A stretch of DNA of 63,578 bases, taken from NCBI RefSeq assembly GCF_001194135.2, contig NC_068990.1, positions 14,122,744 to 14,186,321 of the forward strand. Reading direction: 5' to 3'. Of the stretch, positions 51,529 through 63,578 are shown piece after piece. The notes below the pieces were generated by a model that had not been told where the DNA came from, did not search any database, and saw only the letters and a program-made list of their open reading frames with translations. Source of the DNA: Octopus bimaculoides (Eukaryota). Position 1 is the first letter of the stretch; each line of letters starts with the position of its first letter. Made by a program: the position numbers and the translations under genes.

Positions 51529-52314
51529 GGAGGGTGCGTGAAATTTTTTGTGGAATGTCGAGTAAGCAAACCTGGGATAAAATCATATTTAGCGAAAGAG
51601 GAACATTTTTCTCATTTACAACAATCACCTTTGTTGCGAGCCGTATTGCATTTCCTCATAACGGACTATATTTCACAGTCCTGTCACTATCAACTAAAAG
51701 CTGCAGAAGGGTAATAAATAAGAGACATCAAATAAAACGAAATTGAATACTAAAATATAACATCACCCGCCTTCCTCATATATATTTATATGCAACTGCT
51801 TGGTTCGTTTTTGTAATTATTCCTCAAAATGTGATCGTTTCGTTTTCTTTTCTTTTGTTTGTTTTTTAATGGGTAAATAATTATTGCATAAGTGTAGGCG
51901 TTATGCATTAGTTTTTATGTATCACGTGACAAAGACTCTGTCAAGCGCCAAAAACATCCCGAAACATTCACACGAATCTTCATGAATAAGCATTTACAGA
52001 AACCAACACCTGCTTTCTAAGATATACCATTTCCAGATACTATTAGCAATGAACAATAACATTGTCTACTCTTCATCTTCCCCTTCATTCCTTCTTTTAC
52101 ATCTCCCTCTTTCTTTCCTTCTTTCTACTATTCAATTTTTTTCTATTGCTCTTTACGACTGCGCATTGAATATTTTCCCTATCGTCTGCTTGTACATGCA
52201 TACACATACGAAAATCCTAATACAAACGCGAATTATCCGTTTCTTTCTCCTCTCTTGTATCTTTTTTTACAAACCATTTCATCTTTTAAATCTTTTGTAA
52301 AATGGTTTCTGACT

Positions 52315-52520
52315 AAGGCACAAGACCGAGCAGTTTTGAAGGAAGTGGGAAGTAGTCGATACCCTTTACAGCCATACTAGGTTGTTACTTTATTTTATCG
52401 ATCCGAAAAGGATGAAACAATAAACCTGACCTCGGCAGGATTTGAACTTAGAACGTAAAGAAGATTGACTGCTGCAATGCCTTTTATCCGAAGCTGTCGC
52501 AATTCTTGCCAACTTGCTGA
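52315..52520 (-). mobile_element. Old SINE family A copy
   Basis: ttttatcgatccgaaaaggatgaaac...gacctcggcaggatttgaacttagaacg. Confidence 0.7.
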
Positions 52521-52993
52521 GATATTATACAATATCTGTACTGTAGAGCAGTAGCATTCACTCGACTAGCTGAGTTTGCAATTTCCGATCGAGATTCAAT
52601 TTCCGATCGAGGCGTTTTATTTCAATTCTTGTACCTTTAATATTCGCCCGTAATCAGTTGTCTAGACAGAGATGGTCCCTCAAGGTTAATATATCTTCGA
52701 CACATTACATGATGATTAAACTTCTTTCGTTACTTCGTGACACATTGAGTGTGCGATTTAATATATTACGGGTTTTTAATATATAACTAGTATTTAGAAC
52801 TCCATGTGTATTCCCCTATATCTAAAGGGAAACCCTGAGGCGGACCCGTATTATAGTCCATGTATTATTTAGTTAGAATCTGCACTTGGGTAATGTCACA
52901 GAGTACAAATACGCGAAACAAAACACGACAGATTGCTTACAAAATATTTAGTTAACTAAATATTTTATAAACAATCTCTCCTGTTGTGTTTCG

Positions 52994-53081
<88 letters not shown>

Positions 53082-53269
53082 GCACATCGCATTTTGACAT
53101 GATCACTTTCAGGCAACGTTTTTAGTACTTTCGGTAAAATAAGCATTAGTTTTCACATTCCAATGTTTTTTTTTTTGTTTTTTTCTTTATACTATAGTAG
53201 TTAAATTTGTATAGGTTTTTACCCTTTTAAAATGAGTTTAGATCAGATATTACACGCTGCGTAAACTCA

Positions 53270-53590
53270 AAAGAAGTTCGTTGGCTATGGAAACGGTAAG
53301 CAGTATTCATTCTGTCTATGGCAATGAAGCTTTAAGTAGCCAGACTCGCCAAAAATGGTTTGACCTGTTTCGCTCGGGAAATATTTCTCTTGCAGATTTC
53401 CCTCAATCTGGATGACGAGGTTCTGTGAATATTGATCTTTTGAAAACTGTTATCAGGGAAAATACAAAGCAAAATGCACAAAGAATTAGCAAAACACTTC
53501 AAGTCATATTTTGATTAAAAAAGACATTCAAGAACCACAAAATGTGTCTGAACTTAATCGATGGGTCTCTCATTATCAGACTGGTTCTCA
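53270..53590 (+). pseudogene. Decayed mariner transposase, N-terminal HTH region
   Basis: ETVSSIHSVYGNEALSSQTRQKWFDLFRSGNISLADFPQSG matches the mariner VYGE.A.S.RT...WF..FRSG.F.L.D.PRSGRP motif. Confidence 0.8.
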
Positions 53591-53778
53591 GTTTAATCAA
53601 AGGTTTTTAAACGAAAGAACATAAGGATAAGCGTTTCTTTGAAACTTTCCTTTCAGATCTGAAAAAAATATTCGTACAGTGGATATTCAAAAGGAAATCG
53701 GACATGGTTTACCAGATGGGAAACCAACGAGCAAACTCGGAATATTGGAAACCGGAGAGTTTCAGTTATATATATATA

Positions 53779-53814
<36 letters not shown>

Positions 53815-54760
53815 CACACATTTACGTACGCATAAATATATATATATGTTTGTAAAGATTTGTTTTGCTTTAATAAAAGTATGTGTGCGCGCGCGCGCGT
53901 GTGTATACATATATAGCTAGATAGCTAAATAGATAGATTTGTTTCAGTCGTTGAAATGCAACATGCTACCTTCAAAATATGTGTACGCGCGCGTGCATGA
54001 GTGCGTGCTTGTATTTGTGTGTGTGAGTGTGTGTGTGTGTTTCTGTGTGTTTGTGCGTGTATGTGAGAGTATTGTGTGTGTATGTGTGTGTGTGTATATA
54101 TGTATGTGTGTGTGTGTGCACAAACACACGCTTGTTGATGACAACTGTTCGTAATTATCATTATTGTTTTTTGTTGTTGTTGTTTTTTTTTCTTTTACTT
54201 AGTTTCAACTACCTCGAACCAGCGATTTTATAAAAAAACAACAACAACACGAAAATAAAAGGAAAACAACTACAAAAGAGTCAAACAACTAACCAACCAA
54301 ACAAACAGTAACACCCACACATTCGTTAATCTTTATCTACGTCCTGTCATAATACGATGTTTCATAAAATACCAGTTTACTGTTAGAGATTTTACAACCC
54401 CAATCAAATCCAAATCGTTTCTCTCCTACGCATTATACGAATTGATCGCTACAAATTGATGGCTAATTCAGTATGTTTCGTCTAAGTTCTAAAGCCGTCA
54501 TCACGAACGTGGCCAACATAATAGTTATGCTGCTAAGTAATGTTTGCATGTCAGGTGATGTACGATATAAGTGGCAATAAGTAATTTAAGAACAACTCAG
54601 AAATCTAAAATACACACTTGAATAGTTCATTGTTCATTATTATTATGATGATGATTATTATTATTATTATTGAATTGTAACGCAGTTTTTCGCATGTCTC
54701 TGTGTGTGTATGTATGTATGTATGTATGTATCTCTCTCTCTCTCTCTCTCNNNNNNNNNN

Positions 54761-54803
<43 letters not shown>

Positions 54804-54957
54804 GCACATAAATATGTACGTTTATGCACGCGCGCAGCGTCTGTGTACTTGCGCTTGTGTAAGCCTGCGTAAGTACTTGTGGGGGCGTTAAATGTGTACA
54901 TATTTCTGTCTCTCTCTATCCATATATTCTATATATACAAATATATAATATATATAT

Positions 54958-55014
<57 letters not shown>

Positions 55015-55539
55015 TATACACACATATACATATATTGAAGAAGTCATATATATATATATATTTATACACACAGACACACACACATACACACACAGACACA
55101 GACACAGACACAGACACACATGTATATATGTATATGTATATATGGAAGAAGTCATGCAAAGTAAGTTGGTGGCTGCTAACGTAAACCATACGTGAAAGAT
55201 CTGCTCGTACGTTAGTGTTTGCACAGATCATAAATCGTATATATAAATTGCAATTGGGGATTAACGTATATATTTTAAGTGAATTTTCATTAAAAATATT
55301 TTGACTCTTTCGGTCTATTTTTTTTTTTTACTTTTTTACTTTATTTTCTTACTTTTTTACTCTTTTTTTTAATTTTTTACTATTTTTTACTTTTGTCATT
55401 TACTTTCTTTATTTGAGATGGTGTTTTGCGCGAATTCTTGATATCGAGATATAACGTAAAAGTTTCTAGCTTTTAATGCCTGTTGTCTGATACATTTGAC
55501 GAAAATGTAAAGTAGATGATGATAGGGGTAATTAGGAGA

Positions 55540-56175
55540 TGGAGAGGAAGAAAGAAGTCGAGGTGGGTATGAAGGAGAAAGGTGAGAATGTTGGAGGCGG
55601 GGAGGAGTCATAGTTGGACTGATGATAATTGTTGTGGTGACTATGTAGTGACTGTGGAGGCGCAATGGCCCAGTGGTTAGGGCAGTGGACTCGCGGACAT
55701 AGGTTTATGGTTTCGATTCCCAGACCGGGCGTTGTGAGTGTTTATTGAGCGAAAACACCTAAAGCTCCACGAGGCTCCGGCAGGGGATGGTGGCGAACCC
55801 TGCTCTACTCTTTCACCACCACTTTCTCTCACTCTTACTTCCTGTTTCCGTTGTGCCTGTAATTCAAAGGGTCAGCCTTGTCAGACTCTGTGTCACGCTG
55901 AATCTCCCCGAGAACTACGTTAAGGGTACACGTGTCTATGGAGTGCTCAGCCACTTGCACGTTAATTTCACAAGCAGGTTGTTCCGTTGATCGGATCAAC
56001 TGGAACCCTCAACGTCGTAAGCGACGGAGTGCCAAGAACAACAACAACATATGTAGTGACTATGAGGACGACGGCAATAAAAACGACGAAAACGACGACG
56101 ATGCTGCTGAGAATGATGATGAGGAGCAGGAAGAGGACGACGATGTCAGCACCAACGATGATGATGATGACGACG

Positions 56176-56208
<33 letters not shown>

Positions 56209-56345
56209 GCGGAGACGATGGCAGTACAGCAATAATGAAAATAAACCAACAATGGAGCCTGAAAATAACATCAATGTCACAGCAAAAACTTTTACGGATT
56301 GCAAGCGACAATGACGACATCAATGACAACAATGTAGCAAATAAT
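55540..56345. repeat. Degenerate triplet repeat tract split by SINE C
   Basis: GAT/GAC/GAG-rich on both sides of the TSD-flanked SINE. Confidence 0.75.
55654..56049 (+). mobile_element. SINE family C with (CAA)n tail and 12-bp TSD
   Basis: Highly similar to the 42301 copy; TSD tatgtagtgact at 55642-55653 and 56050-56061. Confidence 0.92.
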
Positions 56346-56352
56346 AATTACT

Positions 56353-56587
56353 TATTTCTTTATTGCCCACAAGGGGCTAAACACAGAGGGGGACAAACAA
56401 GGACAGATAAAGGGATTAAGTCGATTACATCGACCCCACTACACAATTGGTACTTAATTTATCGACCCCGAAAGGATGAAAGGCAAAGTCGACCACGGCG
56501 GAATTTGAACTCAGAACGTAGCGACAGACGAAATACTGCTAAGCATTCCGTCCGTCGCGCTAACGTTTCTGCCAGCTCGCCGCCTTT
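56353..56587 (-). mobile_element. SINE family A, tail type 1
   Basis: Near-consensus reverse-complement copy; accounts for much of ORF 55932..56816. Confidence 0.9.
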
Positions 56588-57374
56588 AATTATTACTGTT
56601 AACCAATGTGGGAACTTTGTTCGATCTGATGAAAATAGAACAAATTCTGCAAGATATTTTATCCGACGCTCTAATGTTTCTCCTTACTCACCGCCTGGAA
56701 TCACACCGCATCCTCTAAATATGGAAAGTATAATTAAAGCAATGATTCCAAAACTGAACACTATAACGACCTACCAAAATGTTTTTTTCTCTTTTGAAAC
56801 CCTCAATTTTAATTAACGAGAAAACAAAAATAAAAATAAAATATGAGTGTGCTCCCATGTAATTCTTCTTTGTTGATCATTATTTGAAACGTTTAAAATA
56901 ATAATTTTAATAAACATTACAAATTATACACAATTTTCAAAGCCACCGCTACCGATATAAGAAATACTAGTCGAGGGTATATTATGGCTAAATACAGAGG
57001 AAAAGAAAAATCGATGAGGTGGTCATAGAACTTCACAGTTAGTATTGATTTAGGTTTGCATAGCAACAATAGTAGTTACAGTTAAAACAACAGGATGGCA
57101 ATAAAAAATCACCGCCCCCTAAAAAGACGGTAAAATATTCTAAAACATAATTGTTTCTAATATAAGTACGAGATTAGAAATTTAGGGGAAAAGGTTCGTC
57201 GATTACTGGATTAGTATTATATTTTATCGGCGGCAGAAATCTAATGTTGAACACATAACGTAAACAGCTGCAAATGTATGGTGTTTTGTGAGATGTTCTA
57301 TCGAGTGTGTCGTACAAACAAATAAAATAGTGAAGGGCGCGAAAAGAAAAAAAAATGGTTATCAACATATTTAC

Positions 57375-57453
57375 CTTTCCCTTTGCACTCGTTATTAATC
57401 AACATCAGCAACAATGGCAAAAAACAACACCGGTAAATTTTAAAAGCGTCCAT
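57375..57453 (-). CDS. Candidate first coding exon encoding a signal peptide (MDAFKIYRCCFLPLLLMLINNECKGK, phase 1)
   Basis: ATG at 57453-57451; 26 codons plus 1 nt; AAG|GTAAAT donor. Charged n-region, hydrophobic core (CCFLPLLLMLI) and C-x-G cleavage motif. Same strand as the LDLa exon, and the phase-1 end matches its phase-1 acceptor. The link to that exon is inferred. Confidence 0.55.
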
Positions 57454-58766
57454 TTACGATGCCAGCCATACCAACGAGAATAAACAGTACAGGCACTGAT
57501 TCAGCTAAATTTAATAGACAAGACCCCTGCATATCATACCTCACTGTATAATAGATAATCCGAAGGATCTACTATATAAAAACATTTGCCCGGAAAACTA
57601 CAAAGACGGTATAGTCACACTTAGAATAATTGTAATCGTAGGTCTTCTCAGTTGTAACTGTGCAGAAATTAATCAACAGCAACACTATGTCCACAAAAGC
57701 ATTCTTGCCGCCATTTTGCGTTTTTTTTTTTTTCTCTTTCGAATCTTTGTTATGCCGAAGTCACAAACACAAATCCATTTGGATTTCTATTTACGTATCA
57801 AATTATTCTCTTATTTATTTCACAATGCATTTCTTTTTCGATTTCTTGAAGTGTTCATTAATTCATTAGTGCATTAATTTACCGATTTAATTGTATACCT
57901 ATTTCAATTCACGTAAGATTGCCAATCTTCGTTGCAAATGTACTCTATCATTTTATGCTCGCATATTAATTACTTGAGACTATCTCAAATGTCTCTTCGT
58001 CAGATTTCATATACACACACCCGTAAACCGCAAACTACTTTCATACGCAAAGATGATCATGCAGATTTGCATATAAGGAGATGGATTAGTACGTAGGTCA
58101 GAGGGAGTTGGATTAGCACAGACTGCGATAATGCAATCCGACTGGAGGTGCCTGGATAAAGACACGAGAGATGAATTGAGACAATATGCCTACAGTTTAA
58201 ATAATAACTAGAAATTTTCCCCGCCAGAAACAGTCGAAAAAATAACCTTGATTAATCAACAAGGACAAAGCGTTTTAACATCTTAATTGTATCGTTTTTG
58301 CATAGTTTATGTGGTTTAAATGTGTGTATANNNNNNNNNNNNNNNNNNNNNNNNNNNNNNNNNNNNNNNNNNNNNNNNNNNNNNNNNNNNNNNNNNNNNN
58401 NNNNNNNNNNNNNNNNNNNNNNNNNNNNNNNNNNNNNNNNNNNNNNNNNNNNNNNNNNNNNNNNNNNNNNNNNNNNNNNNNNNNNNNNNNNNNNNNNNNN
58501 NNNNNNNNNNNNNNNNNNNNNNNNNNNNNNNNNNNNNNNNNNNNNNNNNNNNNNNNNNNNNNNNNNNNNNNNNNNNNNNNNNNNNNNNNNNNNNNNNNNN
58601 NNNNNNNNNNNNNNNNNNNNNNNNNNNNNNNNNNNNNNNNNNNNNNNNNNNNNNNNNNNNNNNNNNNNNNNNNNNNNNNNNNNNNNNNNNNNNNNNNNNN
58701 NNNNNNNNNNNNNNNNNNNNNNNNNNNNNNNNNNNNNNNNNNNNNNNNNNNNNNNNNNNNNNNNNN

Positions 58767-58813
<47 letters not shown>

Positions 58814-59090
58814 GTATGTATGTACGTACATGCATGGGTGTATGTAATTGTATATATCATTTGGGTTTCAGTGTACACGTTTGTACGTTTGCATGGTTAT
58901 CCATGTATTTGTGCATACAGGCGTATACATGTTCATCTTACATAAAGTGATAACAGAAATATCGCTGTAGTTTTCTATACATTAACTCCTCCACACTCCT
59001 ACGCACACAAATAGTATTGCTACCCTCTGCGATGTACTTTTTACACGCTACTTAAATAGGATAAGTGAAATCAATTTATTAATGTCGATA

Positions 59091-59125
<35 letters not shown>

Positions 59126-60469
59126 TTATATATGCAGTTGGCTCTGAGCTAATTTTAGTTATGTTTACTGAACTGCAGGCATTTAAATAGGGTTAATGTC
59201 GTTTCCGGGAAGATTACGAATGTGATAAAGCTTGCTCCGTACTTTATAACATCATTTGAATGAACTATGAAATGAAGGGGAGAATAAGAGAATAAGTGAA
59301 TGAGGTGGGGGGTGGAGAAGAGAAGGTGAAAGAAAGAGAGGTCGAGGAGAAGGGGTTTGTAAGTGTAAAAGTGTTAAGAGTTATGAGGGAAGTCGAAAAC
59401 AAAAATGGATGCTAGTTTAAGCACACACACACATATACACATATATACACAGTGGCACGCTGACGCGCGCAAGCGTTTCTCTTGTGCTAGCTATTTATTG
59501 TAATTAATGAAAAGCTAACCTCTTGTTATCAAACTCATTAGGAACAAAACTTACTCAAGTTATTTTTATAACCCTTGTTTAGTGTTATAAAATGATTATT
59601 GTTTATAAATGGCTTCGTCTTGAAATGGTCGCAATATGCAGCTTTCACTCTCTTACTTTCTTACTCTCTTTCTCTCTCTTTATCCCTCTGTGTGTATTTA
59701 TGTATGCCTACACACACACACACATATATATATACATATATACATATTATATATATATGAAATATGATATGTGTGTGTGTCCTAACTTTCAGAATAAGAG
59801 TGTATACTTGAAACGTTAAAGGCATTTCCTTCTTTCTCCCCATTTATATTTTTATACCTCGCTTTTGTTTTGTATTTTTCGTCCCTTTGCAAAATATATT
59901 TATCAAGCAAAAGTTGACCCTAGTTTTTCACAGGTGACAGATCAGCATCTGGTAATCGAAGAATTATTCTGCGTATAAATGTTGCCGTAATGAAATATAC
60001 TTTTACCCTCGTTAAAATACATTTTGTTTTACCATTCACGCAAATGTTAGTCTATGAATTTCTCAAGTTCATGAGTGTAAAAGCAATGCAATTATTGCGG
60101 TATAATTGATGTGACAGAAAATATACCCAACATCCTTGCTTACATAATTTAAACCATATGTAATTGCCAGCATAATGCAGAATAATCCATTTTTCTTCAT
60201 TTTTTATTCATTTAAAGATCATTTGGTCGTCTGCTACTGACGTGGTATTTTCAATTATACCTTCGGTTTTATCACCTTATAAGTAATATCCTCGTTGTAG
60301 ACGACTGCTAAAATTTAGCCTAAAAGAAACTGTAGAAACATAGGCGCAGGAGTGGCTATATATATAAATTAGGTAAAAAAATTAATGAGTGCATGCGTTA
60401 CATATTTTCAGGATTAAAGAAAAAGACAAAGGAAAATATCACACACACACATACAATACCGTGTATGTA

Positions 60470-60494
60470 AATGTAGATAGATAGATAGATAGAC

Positions 60495-60552
<58 letters not shown>

Positions 60553-60565
60553 GTAAGTAGGTAAG

Positions 60566-60630
<65 letters not shown>
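60470..60630. repeat. (GATA)n microsatellite
   Basis: Direct inspection. Confidence 0.95.
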
Positions 60631-61240
60631 GGACGTATACGAGCGCATCCCCCACACATACACATATGAAAGTTTTGTCGATCATATAGAGAGCAATACT
60701 GGTTTTATGTCTAGCATTTATTCTATATACTGCGTTTTGTCCAACCGCTTATTAAGGAGACAAACAAACCAAAAACCGTTTGAGAAAAAGGCACACATTC
60801 ACACACAGATGCATACACATGTCTGTCTGTCTGTATGTATGTATGTATGTATGTATGTGTTATATATTGAGAGAGAAGAGTAAGTATTTAGGAAGTAGAG
60901 TAATGACGTATTTTGTCAGGCAAATAGGACGGTTTGGTAAGTATGTTGGTTTGCTAGGTAAGTGTGCGTGTGGTTATTTGTAACTTATACGGTAGACTGG
61001 AGTCTGTTTCGCATGAAATCGAAGTCACTATTAAAGGAGGAATTATGGAAACGGAGCAAGGAAGGAGTTAAAAATATAACAAACATTACAATAAAATTGC
61101 CGAGAAGAAAATCTATAACACCAATGAAATACAGAAGAATAAACAGTTAAGCATAAAAGAGAAACGCAGCAAGCATGTGATAGAAATGAGTGGGAAGAAC
61201 GTAAAAGTGGAAATTAAGAGGACTAGTAATACCTCACACG

Positions 61241-61295
<55 letters not shown>

Positions 61296-61347
61296 ACATA
61301 CACACACACACATATATATATATGTATAGAAAGACAGACAGACAGAC

Positions 61348-61402
<55 letters not shown>

Positions 61403-61428
61403 CAGATAGATAGATAGATAGATTTTTA

Positions 61429-61656
61429 CTAGGGAAGGCCGGTTTATAGAAGTACCCTAGGTTTCCCATCCATAAAGGGTTTGACCTTATGGCATATCAT
61501 CACACCCCAAAACCTGTTGGCCTAAAACCTCCCTAGACAGGAGTCTGTTTCGCATAAGGTCTTAGGCCAAGTTTTAGGGGCTACTTGTAAGCCATAAGGT
61601 CAAAAACCCTTTAGGGCGGGAAACTCAGGGTAATCCCATAAACTGGTATTGCCCTG
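61429..61656. mobile_element. Hairpin MITE (about 100-bp imperfect arms, 26-nt loop) flanked by TA
   Basis: Left arm ...gtttcccatccataaagggtttgaccttatggc...ttggcctaaaacct pairs with aggtcttaggccaa...gccataaggtcaaaaaccctttagggcgggaaac...; right end CCCTG|TA. Confidence 0.82.
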
Positions 61657-62218
61657 TAAAAAATATATACTGCTCTACATCTTAGAGACTGCTTCTTCTA
61701 TACAAACGATCCTATTTATATATATAGTAAAATAAGGTTTCATGTGCTTGAACCAGGTGTAGAATAATTTACTTGAAAAGATATGCACTAGTTAGGGTTG
61801 GATAAAACTGTGGTTCCAGCCTATGGTTGCTAAGTATCAAATAGGATACTCCAGTTGTGTACTATGAGCATTTAACACCTAGGGGCTGGTCCAAAGTACG
61901 CGTATGTTGAATTGTACGTTGTTTGTATACTCTAGGGTGTCCGAGAAGTCGTAAATCTCCTTGGTGTATTATAAATCAAATGAATGATAAAATAAGTTGG
62001 ATAATTTCCAACTCGTTACAGCTGTTTCTTGCGCATCCTTTTAATAGAAGAATGAGAACATTGCTCCATTACGCAAAACCGTAATCAACAGATGAAACGT
62101 AATTTTACAAATAAAAGGATATCCCAAGAATACAGCAGGGACGTGGCTGAAATCTGTTGAGCCCAACTATGAAATGCGAGAATGACCAACAAAATTGGCC
62201 GTTGAGGTTAAGAATATA

Positions 62219-62426
62219 CAGGGTGTCCACAAGGTCTGGGTACATGGAGTAAATAAAATCATAACATAAACAATTAAATATAAGAAATAATAATTTCTTA
62301 AAGTATGTGTTAATCCCCATGTGGGTACATGGAGTAAATAAAATCATAACATAATCAATTGAGTATAAGAAATAATTTCTTAAGGTATATGTTAATCCCA
62401 TGTACCCAAACTTTGTGGACATCCTG
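62219..62426. mobile_element. Tc1/mariner-type MITE with TA TSD and internal 84-bp duplication
   Basis: TA|CAGGGTGTCCACAAGGTCTGGGTACATGG ... CCATGTACCCAAACTTTGTGGACATCCTG|TA; duplicated units start at 62237 and 62321. Confidence 0.88.
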
Positions 62427-63464
62427 TAGTTTGTGAAAGGGTATAATATGGTATTTAAGGTCAGCGACCCGGGTGAGAGAGGAGTGTGCTAAACTAGTTC
62501 TTAGGTAGGCTGAGGTGTAGGTGATATTTTATTATAGCAGGTTTAGAGCAGTGGGTAGCTGGCAGAGGATCTAAGATACATTAAGGATAAAGAAAGGAAG
62601 ATAAAGAAAGCAAAAGCAGAGGTGAAGAAAATAAATTCATATAAGCCAATTAGGCATAGGGTTGGGGTTTAAGATTCGCTAGCTAAGGCTAAAGGACGAA
62701 AGAAGGAGGGCGGAGATACGCAGAGTTTGGGGTATTCTGTGAACTTTGGTTCAAATTTGGGGGGGGGGTACGAAGGCAATCGAATAATAAGATCCAAGTT
62801 TTAAGGAATTGTAGTGTTAAGCGCCAATGATTTATCTGGTAAGATAGAAAGATGTAGGTGTTGTTTTAGATATGAATATGTATATGGGTTGTTGCCTTCG
62901 TAGCCTTTCCCAACTTTCAACCAGTATCCACAGAATACTCCTACATTCTGTATATCTCCGCCCTTCTCATATATACACACATATGCACGTATATATACGC
63001 GCAAACTTACTTTAAAGCAGAGTCATAGAAAGAGGTAACGCAAAAGGATGTGTATGTGTGTGTGCGTGTGTGAGTGTGTGTGTATGTTTGTGTGTTTGTA
63101 TGTATGAGTGTATGTGTGTTGGGTACGTGTGTGTGTTTGCGTGTGCGTGCATGAGTATTTGTGTGTGTGTGTTTGTGTGTGGATGTGTTTGTGTGTGAAC
63201 TGTATATTGTGCTATGTGCAAAGAGAATAGCAAGGTGTATTTACATCTGATTACTTTCCACTATGTAGGCGTGGAAATCTGTCGTTTAACTGCATAAACT
63301 TCTTAGAATTTTGTTTAATGCACGCACTTCTTGCAAAATATACATACCCACCTAACTGCCTACCAGCAAACATACATACATACATAAACACACACACGCA
63401 TGTATACATTCGTACATGTGTTTTCCTTCATTTTTCTGCATATTTCTCTTTCTCCTTCATATTA

Positions 63465-63480
63465 TTATTATTATTATCAT

Positions 63481-63571
<91 letters not shown>

Positions 63572-63572
63572 G
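63465..63572. repeat. Compound (TAT)n-(TAC)n-(TAT)n triplet repeat
   Basis: Direct inspection. Confidence 0.95.
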
Positions 63573-63578
63573 CTCTAC

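Noticed and set aside
55932-56816. Longest gap-free ORF (294 aa)
   Set aside because: A chance concatenation of the SINE C 3' end, a triplet repeat and an antisense SINE A.

Overview
AT-rich eukaryotic DNA from a short-read animal assembly, with 15 N-gaps totalling about 5.3 kb. The repeat content (three tRNA-headed SINE families, mariner and R4/Dong remnants, MITEs, dense microsatellites) points to an octopus genome; this is inferred from recognised repeats, not a database search. Almost all ORFs in the supplied track are microsatellite, gap or repeat artefacts. One coding exon is well supported: 1192-1349 (-), with canonical splice sites, encoding a complete six-cysteine LDL-receptor class A module ending CMFY. 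It resembles the ALK-ligand family Jelly belly/HEN-1. A phase-compatible signal-peptide exon at 57375-57453 (-) suggests most of the window is intron of this secreted-ligand gene; internal and terminal exons are unresolved. The most unusual non-coding structures are: (1) a fold-back MITE with 8-bp TSDs and a central telomere-repeat palindrome (3 copies); (2) a hairpin MITE whose loop matches unique sequence about 540 bp upstream (21/22 nt); (3) a 48-bp palindrome of hammerhead-ribozyme-like sequence; (4) an R4/Dong LINE possibly split by about 7 kb of later insertions.
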